Below are positions 48,501 through 56,793 of a DNA stretch of 56,793 nt, piece after piece. Each line of letters starts with the position of its first letter. Position 1 is the stretch's first letter. Position numbers and translations under genes: made by a program. This stretch comes from Octopus bimaculoides (taxonomy: Eukaryota): the NCBI RefSeq assembly GCF_001194135.2, contig NC_069009.1, positions 4,744,677-4,801,469 on the forward strand, read 5' to 3'. The notes below the pieces were generated by a model. The model ran no database searches. It was not told the origin of the DNA and saw only the letters and a list, made by a program, of their open reading frames with translations.

Positions 48501-49189
48501 ATAAGGGAAAATAATTATTCCATCACTCAGCTATTACTAACCTTAAAGAAGTTAATTTCCTGTATATTATAACGAACAGGCACAGGTAAATATGAATCCT
48601 TTCATAAACCTAACGAAGAAATTTCTTACAGGAATAGATGTTCTTGTAGCAAGTCATAAAAGACAGCAATATGACGTAACGGTCGTTTGCCCGAACACGC
48701 ATAATTGTTGGTAATCCCATTGGTTAAAATTACTGCCCATATATACGAATTCTAAACTTTCGTCAAAGGAATCTTTCACGAAATACAGTTCTTAGAATTC
48801 GGTTATGAGCAGTTATAAAACCCCTGATTTTGGGGAAATTACTCAGTGACCATTGGATGTTACTAAACTCCATGGCACTCACTCCTTGAGATATTGGCTA
48901 TTTTTTATGCCATGTCTATGACTTAAATCCAACAAGTCTTATTTGAATTGTTGTAAACTCTAGTAGTTAGTATGAAGGATTAGCTAGTGTGAATTTTAAG
49001 TCGTAATTCTCTACGACAAAATGACTTTACTTTCCAATTGTACGATAAATACATGAATAAACTAATGTAGTAATTATTTTCTCTCTCTTCACGTTCTTCA
49101 ACTTGTTAATGAAGTTTATTTATGCAATTATGAATCTGAGTACAGCGAACACTGCTGTACTTTTTCACCACAACTTTCTCTCATTCTTA

Positions 49190-49512
49190 GGCACAGGAGT
49201 GGCTGCGTGGTAAGTAGCTTGCTTACCAACTGCTTGGTTCCGGGTTCGGTCCCACTGCGTGGCACCTTGGGCAAGTGTCTTCTGCTATAGCCACGGGCTG
49301 ACATGTTTGTGTATCTGTGTTTGTCACCCCAACATCGCTTGACAACTGATGTTGGTGTGTTTACGTCACCATAACTTAGCAGTTTGGCAAAAGAGACCAA
49401 TAGAATAACTACTAGCCTTACAAAGAATAAGTCCAGAGATCGATTAGTTTGACTAAAGGCGGTGCTCCAGTGTGGCCGCAGTCAAATGACTGAAACAAAT
49501 AAAAGAATAAAA
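49190..49512 (+). mobile_element. SINE family A with internal deletion
   Basis: The head joins directly to the 3' half at ~49300. Confidence 0.88.
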
Positions 49513-49550
<38 letters not shown>

Positions 49551-49563
49551 GCTGATATGCCTG

Positions 49564-49594
<31 letters not shown>

Positions 49595-49732
49595 GTGTGT
49601 GTATGTGCCTCTGCCAATCTGTGTGTCAATGACTATATGTTTATATACATGCGTGTGTGAGTGTATATACATATGAATAATGTGGATTAACACTTGGACA
49701 CTGGTCAACAAATACTTCAACACACTGCATGA

Positions 49733-49826
49733 CCAATATGGCAGAAGTCCAGCTGTATTGCACAGGGATGGTCGTGGTGGGCGTGTAGAGGTATAAAAGA
49801 GGTTACACATTCACATGAATTCATTT
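49733..49826 (+). promoter_or_regulatory. Possible Pol II core promoter (CCAAT, GC-box-like, TATA, Inr)
   Basis: ccaat 49733, gggcgt 49779, tataaaag 49792, tcattt 49821-26 with its A 31 nt after the TATA start. Motif spacing only. Confidence 0.22.
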
Positions 49827-50053
49827 TTATGTAGATGTGTGTATATATATGCACATGCACGTGCTCATATATTGCTTGTTTTACTTGTTTCAGCCATGTG
49901 ACTGTGGCCATGCTGGAGCACCGCTGTTATATAGATATGTATATAAAACATATCAGCTAGAATATGGTTGGGAGATGACTGTTTACATAAAATAGCCACC
50001 CTCAGCTTCCAAGACTTTGGGACCTGGAACACCGGGTGTTTGGGATAAAGTTG

Positions 50054-50192
50054 ACAGTTCTATATTTAAGAGATGAGAAATTATGTACATTTTTTTACAT
50101 TATTTAGATATGCCCATGGGCATATGGGGTAGTGGTTAAGAACGCGGGCTACTAACCCCAAGATTCTGAGTTTGATTCCAAGCAGTGACCTC

Positions 50193-50233
<41 letters not shown>

Positions 50234-50260
50234 CATTGAAAAATACCTTAGGAATGAGAA
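50054..50260 (+). mobile_element. Family D copy (50118-50260, 3'-truncated) preceded by an inverted copy of the D 3' terminus (50054-50105)
   Basis: Head gggcatatggggtagtggttaagaacgcgggctactaacccc + (AAT)n + aaataccttaggaatgagaa. Upstream acagttctatatttaagagatgagaaattatgtacat is the reverse complement of the tail at 5925-5960. Confidence 0.72.
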
Positions 50261-51361
50261 TTTATGCTAAATCGTAATCTCCAATATCAAAAACAAGGAA
50301 TTTGAAAAAAAAAATTTTTTAATTACTGGCTCAAAAGTTATAGGGTGGGGTGGGGGTGATTCTGAAGAAGAACCAATAATTTATTTTAATAGCATACTTT
50401 TCTCACACACACACACACATGGCCTCACTTGGTTGGCTGGAGGTGGGGATATTTAAATTTCAAATTTTTTGTTGTTACTTCCATATCATCATTCCATAAA
50501 ATGTGCTTATGGGAAGAAAGTTATCGAAAAACATCTATACACATGACAGTGACAANNNNNNNNNNNNNNNNNNNNNNNNNNNNNNNNNNNNNNNNNNNNN
50601 NNNNNNNNNNNNNNNNNNNNNNNNNNNNNNNNNNNNNNNNNNNNNNNNNNNNNNNNNNNNNNNNNNNNNNNNNNNNNNNNNNNNNNNNNNNNNNNNNNNN
50701 NNNNNNNNNNNNNNNNNNNNNNNNNNNNNNNNNNNNNNNNNNNNNNNNNNNNNNNNNNNNNNNNNNNNNNNNNNNNNNNNNNNNNNNNNNNNNNNNNNNN
50801 NNNNNNNNNNNNNNNNNNNNNNNNNNNNNNNNNNNNNNNNNNNNNNNNNNNNNNNNNNNNNNNNNNNNNNNNNNNNNNNNNNNNNNNNNNNNNNNNNNNN
50901 NNNNNNNNNNNNNNNNNNNNNNNNNNNNNNNNNNNNNNNNNNNNNNNNNNNNNNNNNNNNNNNNNNNNNNNNNNNNNNNNNNNNNNNNNNNNNNNNNNNN
51001 NNNNNNNNNNNNNNNNNNNNNNNNNNNNNNNNNNNNNNNNNNNNNNNNNNNNNNNNNNNNNNNNNNNNNNNNNNNNNNNNNNNNNNNNNNNNNNNNNNNN
51101 NNNNNNNNNNNNNNNNNNNNNNNNNNNNNNNNNNNNNNNNNNNNNNNNNNNNNNNNNNNNNNNNNNNNNNNNNNNNNNNNNNNNNNNNNNNNNNNNNNNN
51201 NNNNNNNNNNNNNNNNNNNNNNNNNNNNNNNNNNNNNNNNNNNNNNNNNNNNNNNNNNNNNNNNNNNNNNNNNNNNNNNNNNNNNNNNNNNNNNNNNNNN
51301 NNNNNNNNNNNNNNNNNNNNNNNNNNNNNNNNNNNNNNNNNNNNNNNNNNATATATATATA

Positions 51362-52170
51362 TATAAGGATGAAAGACAAGGTCAACCTCAGTGGAATTTG
51401 AACTCAGAACGTAAAGACAGATGGACGAAATACTGCTAAGCATGTTACTAATGATTCCATCTTATGTGTGTTTGTGTATGTGTTTGTCCCCTACAACTGC
51501 TTGATAACCAGTGTAGGTGTCTCATCGGCACTGTTATATCCTTCTTTGAGCACACTGTACATGTCCCTTTATAACATGGACTTATAACAAGGTTATAACA
51601 ATACAAATATAAATCAGAAACAACATGGAACCAACAATATCTCTTCTCAACGAATTCTATGACTGTCTTCAGCAACTGCCAGCACACATCACACTGTCCT
51701 TCTCTGATAATATGCATGCGCCTTTGTATGGTTTAGACTTTATATGCTTGACATGACTTGCTATCCCACAGGGCTGTCAGGATTTCACCACAACAGATTA
51801 CATCCCTGTAACGTAGCGGTTTGGCAAAAGAGACTGATACAAGAAGTACCAGGCTTAAAAAAAAAAAATTACTGGTGTTGATTTGTTCAACTAATAATAC
51901 TCCAAGGCAGTGCCCCAGCATGAACGCAGTCTAATGACTGAAACAAGTAAACAGATAAAAGATTTGTATATAAATGTGTGTGTGTATCCCTTACAACTGC
52001 TTGACAACCAGTGTTGGTGTGTTTACATCCCTGTAACATAGCAGTTTAGCATAAGAGACTGATACGATAAGAACCAGACTTAAAAAGAGACAAATGTACT
52101 GGGGTCGATTCATTCAACTAAAATTCTTCAAAGTAGTGCCCCAGCATGGCCACAGTCTAATGACAACATC
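51362..52170. mobile_element. Cluster of degraded SINE B (51362-51460, minus) and SINE A 3' fragments (51465-51520, 51790-51960, 51975-52170)
   Basis: Recognisable B and A blocks. Confidence 0.75.
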
Positions 52171-52600
52171 AAGCAACACATCAAAGATAAAAATACCACC
52201 TAAAACTGTAGAATCAGATGCACATAGCCCTCACCTCTTGCGCCATGGCATCACACATTTGATATGAACCAGGAGCAACAAGACTGAAGAACAAACTGCT
52301 TCATTACAAGACTGTGTCTGTGTGTCACATAATCAACTCTGAATATGGTGGTTCCATAGAATGAACGCATTAAGCAAATTTCTTCCAAAAACTTTTGATT
52401 TCTGTTTTATCTTTTTTTTTTAATAAATGTCTTCTTTGCCTTTTTTTGTGTATCGTTAATTTGCAGACTTTTTTCTCAATTTCCACTGATTATATACACC
52501 CATATATACATACATGCATGTAAGTATATATATATGTATGTGTGTGTGTGTGTGTGTATATAGATATAAATAGGTATTTATATGTATGTGTGTGCATGTT

Positions 52601-52661
<61 letters not shown>

Positions 52662-52803
52662 AACCTGAGTGTCTGTGCAAGGTGTGTTTGTAAATTTGCG
52701 TGCGACCATTTTTACATTCCATTTGTTCATTAGAAAACTTTACTGCCTCTGGTGTATGCGTATGTATATATATCGTTTAACGTCCGCTTTCCATGCTAGC
52801 ATG

Positions 52804-52837
<34 letters not shown>

Positions 52838-52856
52838 NNNNNNNNNNGCTAGCATG

Positions 52857-52892
<36 letters not shown>

Positions 52893-52964
52893 CATATATA
52901 TATATATACATACATACATATAAATACATATGTGTGTATATATGTACATGTATGTGTCATATAC

Positions 52965-53002
<38 letters not shown>

Positions 53003-53179
53003 TATCAGTATATATACATACTCACATACACACATACGTATACACACACACATATGTATATATATATATATATGATATCACATATATGCACATATTTACT
53101 CACCTATAAATATGTGAGTGTGCATACATTATATATATGCATATTTAAACATATACATTCACATATTTATAGATATGTA

Positions 53180-53211
<32 letters not shown>

Positions 53212-53331
53212 CTGATACACATATATAATATATATAAATATATACATATACATTCACACTCAAAAACACCATGCTCACAAAAACTCATATTCTCTTTCAT
53301 ACACACAGATAAATATACTCATACACACATG

Positions 53332-53372
<41 letters not shown>

Positions 53373-53850
53373 CCATATATATATATGTACATATATATGG
53401 ATATTTATATGGATATGTGTATATATATGTGCGTGTATATATGTATATGCGTGTGTATGTGTGTGTATGAGTAGGTGANNNNNNNNNNNNNNNNNNNNNN
53501 NNNNNNNNNNNNNNNNNNNNNNNNNNNNNNNNNNNNNNNNNNNNNNNNNNNNNNNNNNNNNNNNNNNNNNNNNNNNNNNNNNNNNNNNNNTATATACATA
53601 TATATATATATATATATGTACCTCATATTAAGATTACTCTCTATCAAATTACAATCGCATTGATGGAGTGTGTGTGTATATCTATATCTATATCTATATA
53701 TATATGAATTTATATACACACACACACACACACATACGTATAACAAGGTTTAATAATGTTCTTTAATCATTTCCACCATTATTATCACGTTATTATTATT
53801 ATTATCATTATTATTATTATATCTATTATTATTATTATTATTATTATATC

Positions 53851-53894
<44 letters not shown>

Positions 53895-54089
53895 CTATTA
53901 TTATTATTATTATTATTAGTGTTACTGTTATTATTATGGTCATTATTGTTATTATTACAATTACCAGTGTTCAAAACCCCAGAATTCATCATTATCATCA
54001 TGTTCATTATTATTATTATTATGATTAATATTATTATTATTATCATCATCATCATCAGCAGCATCATCCTCATAAAATGTAAATATCTA

Positions 54090-54425
54090 ATGGAATCATC
54101 TGAGCAACATAAGAAATGTTTTGCTAACCCTTTAATCTTCTGAGTTCAAAACTCACTGAAGTTAGCTTTGCGTTTCATCCCTCCTGGGTTGATAAACAAA
54201 TTACCAGTCAAGCCCTGGTGTCAATGGCAGAAGTGTTAGCAAGCTGGATGAAATGTTTCACACCAGCTTTACATTCTGAGTTCAAATTATACAGAGGTCA
54301 ATTTTGCCTTTCATCCTTTTAGGGTCAATAAATTACCAGTACCAGTGAAACACTGGGGTCGATGTAATCAACTAGTCCCCTCCCCCAAAATTTCAGGCCT
54401 TGTGCCTCCAGTAGAAAGGATTATT
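54090..54425 (+). mobile_element. Two tandem SINE family B copies; another on the minus strand at 56320-56430
   Basis: ttctgagttcaaa...tttgcctttcatcctttt.gggtc.ataaa..agtaccag twice. Confidence 0.82.
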
Positions 54426-54947
54426 ATTATTATTATCATTTAGTGAGAGAGCAGTGCATGCCATCAAAGTGACACTGGGTACAAATACACAAAGCCCAAT
54501 ATATCCATCATGATTTCCCGTCTAATAAGGGTAGACAAGGCACATGCATCACAACCATATGTGCATGACATGGTGTTCTCATCTCAAGATTAACAGTGCA
54601 TGACCTTGCAGGTGGGGCCCAGTTAGAATTTTCTTCTGGTCGAGTAGCCCATCCCACTCAAAAGGTCCCTGAATAAGGTTTGTTTAAAGATGTTGAACAA
54701 AACACCCATGTTTCCAGAGGTGAATTATTCAAACCCCAAAGAATTCCTCTCAACACATGGCTATGATGCTCCCCCACTATTTCTGCTCATGATCAGAGAT
54801 GCACATATCGTCAGCCACCAAGAGACATGCTCAACTGGTTACGGTCAAACAACTGACAAGCAAATCTGTGGTATATTAAGCAGAATATTTGCTGCAAAAC
54901 CCATATTCTATACCAAGACAACACAATGTACATATATATATGCATCA

Positions 54948-55580
54948 GGGCATAGTGGTTAAGAGTGCGGGCTACTAACACCAAAATTCCGAGTTCGATT
55001 CCAGGCAGTGACCTGAATAATAATAATAATAATGCTTTATAATTGATGTATCAATACCAGCAGATGTCAACGTTTCTCTAAAAGAAATGGAGAAACTTTC
55101 AAAATACAAAGACCTGGAAATAGAGGTAACTCGAATGTGGAATCTAAAAACAGAAACAATTCCTATCATAGCAGGCACATTAGGCATGATACAAAAATAT
55201 TCAGACAAATACATAACAAAAACACCAGGACTTACAAATATACATAACATACAGAAAATTGCACTACTGGGCACTGCACACATCCTACGCAAAACACTTT
55301 CAATACAGTAACCATAAGAGCATCACAGCAAACCACAGCACATACCCAAGGCACACAGAGCTGCGCTTGGTAGTGAAGTGAAAGCACGTTATAAAAATAA
55401 GACTACTGAATAATAATAATAATAATGACAACAACAACATTGAAAAATACCTTAGGAATGAGAACCCAGGTTCGAAATTTCCCCAAGACACCTGATGAAG
55501 GCTGGAGGGTATATCAACCGAAATGTGTTAACAACAAACAAGATGAGGACAAATATTCATCAAATGTAAATAATGTAAAT
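54948..55580 (+). mobile_element. Family D copy split by an R4/Dong insertion; decayed hammerhead at 55487-55529
   Basis: Head 54948-55020 and tail 55409-55580. GACAC-CUGAUGA-A-GGCUG(gagggtatat)CAACC-GAAA-UGUGUU lacks the CGU of stem III. Confidence 0.8.
55033..55408 (+). mobile_element. 5'-truncated R4/Dong-clade non-LTR retrotransposon (restriction-like endonuclease C-terminus + 3' UTR) in a (TAA)n target
   Basis: Open frame 55033-55311 CFIIDVSIPADVNVSLKEMEKLSKYKDLEIEVTRMW...IQKIALLGTAHILRKTL matches the RLE motif IDVxIPxD...ExEKxxKY and the R4-type C-terminus. (AAT)n on both sides. Confidence 0.85.
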
Positions 55581-55987
55581 ATAAATAATAATTTTAAAAT
55601 TATACAAATTGAAACTCTCAACAGGGGAGGTGCTTTAAGGTCCTTGTGGAAAACCCACAAAAATCATAGGTTCCTCAACAACAGGGCAAGAGCCCTTCTC
55701 TTTTGATTCCCTTTTTACATTATTATGGCTGCCATTCTAGAAAGAAACAGTAACTTGGATCTCCGTTGTTGGTGAGGTAAGACATGTTTTGAGCACACCC
55801 TAAGTTTGAATTTTGTTGTGGCTTTTTGAAGGTTCTTGACTGTTTTATTTGTTTGTTTTTGTTTTCTGAACCCCTTTTGGTGTGCAGAAGGGGTTCTTTT
55901 GTTGAAAATTTCCTCCTTTTAGGGGCGAATTTTGGACTTTTTGTCTATTACAAATAATTTTTTGCTTTTCGTCAAACAAAGAACAAA

Positions 55988-56209
55988 ATGGCTTCCTCTG
56001 TCAAGGGGAAGAGCAGTGGCTGTTCTGACGGCCAGTACTGTGAAGACTTCCCCCCTCTGAACAGCACAAGTACCAACAAGACTAGCTGCACCAACACCAC
56101 AATTAACACAGAAAAAGTAAAAAAAAAAAAGTCAAGTAAACACCGCCAATGCCACCACCACCATGAACAAGCAAAATTACAAAGAAAATACAAGCACAAA
56201 CGGAAATGA
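55988..56209 (+). CDS. 73-aa ORF of uncertain status (MASSVKGKSSGCSDGQYCEDFPPL...)
   Basis: Non-repetitive, good start context caaaATGG, basic low-complexity C-half. No homology recognised; could be a decayed LINE ORF1 start. Confidence 0.15.
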   Translation: MASSVKGKSSGCSDGQYCEDFPPLNSTSTNKTSCTNTTINTEKVKKKKSSKHRQCHHHHEQAKLQRKYKHKRK

Positions 56210-56584
56210 CAAATCCAGCACACACAGTTTCACTTCCCCAGTAAAACAAATGTGAGAAAAATTAAACCTCACATAAGAGGATTTAAAACAATAATAAAAA
56301 TAAGGATGATAATATTTATAATCCTTTCTACTATAGGCACAAGGCCTGAAATTTGGGGGGAGGGGAATATTCGATTACATCGACCCCAGTACTCAAGTAG
56401 TACTTATTTTATCAACCCTGAGAGGATGAAAAACAAAGTATATGTATATGTGTTTGTGTGAGTATGTGTGTATAGATGTACGTCTGTGAGTAGATGTACG
56501 TGTATGTACATAAGTATATATGTACATGTACGTATGTATGTATGTATGTATGTATGTATGAATGTATGTATGAAGGTATATGTA

Positions 56585-56793
56585 TCATCATCATCATCAT
56601 CATCATCGTTTAACGTCCGCTTTCCATGCTAGCATGAGTTGGACGATTTGACTGAGGACTGGTGAAACTGGATGGCAACACCAGGCTCCAGTCTGATTTG
56701 GCAGAGTTTCTACAGCTGGATACCCTTCCTAACGCCAACCACTCAGAGAGTGTAGTGGGTGCTTTTACGTGTCACCCGCACGAAAACGGCCAC
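56585..56793 (-). mobile_element. SINE family C, runs off the window end; a tail fragment also lies at 52772-52806
   Basis: (ATC)n-gtttaacgtccgctttccatgctagcatg...cttcctaacgccaaccactcagagag. Confidence 0.9.

Noticed and set aside
48660-48730. CRE-like tgacgtaa and reverse CCAAT as a promoter
   Set aside because: Isolated short motifs with no core promoter spacing.
52195-52267. Peptide SPHLLRHGITHL resembling tyrosine recombinase box II
   Set aside because: Twelve residues in a short frame that stops immediately; no other recombinase motifs nearby.
46-53746. Most ORFs in the six-frame track ([12 protein letters not shown], poly-V/T/L/I and X-containing)
   Set aside because: They are translations of microsatellites, SINEs or N gaps, with no protein-like composition.
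54440-54940. ~500-bp block that looks like a retroelement 3' UTR on the minus strand
   Set aside because: Single copy in this window with no ORF motif, so its class cannot be supported from the sequence alone.

Overview
This is repeat-saturated, AT-rich animal DNA from a gapped draft assembly with many N runs. The SINE families, RTE and R4/Dong LINE pieces and dense (TA)n/(TG)n/(ATC)n/(ACC)n microsatellites suggest a cephalopod, probably Octopus (inference from recalled repeat families, not a database hit). I recognise no host protein-coding gene. Almost all ORFs in the supplied track are microsatellite or gap artefacts, and only a few weak exon candidates remain. Contents: at least five tRNA-derived or RTE-tailed SINE families (labelled A, B, C, D, H here), RTE LINE 3' fragments including a five-fold tandem array of the 3' end, and a 5'-truncated R4/Dong-type element in a (TAA)n tract. 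There are also decayed Tigger/pogo, hAT (Tip100-like) and mariner transposase remnants, MITEs (Tc2-like, hAT, TTAA-flanked), a Helentron-like end and a ~490-bp foldback. The most notable signal is eight hammerhead-ribozyme-like motifs, folded by eye. Seven are minimal type-I motifs with an ACGU-type palindromic stem III and one extra base after CUGANGA; the eighth is larger, with a different palindromic stem III. They lie in at least three unrelated short non-coding repeat families, one of which has a tRNA-derived head. This suggests Penelope-like, ribozyme-bearing non-autonomous retroelements. Repeat boundaries are approximate (+/-10-20 bp) unless a TSD or TIR is quoted.
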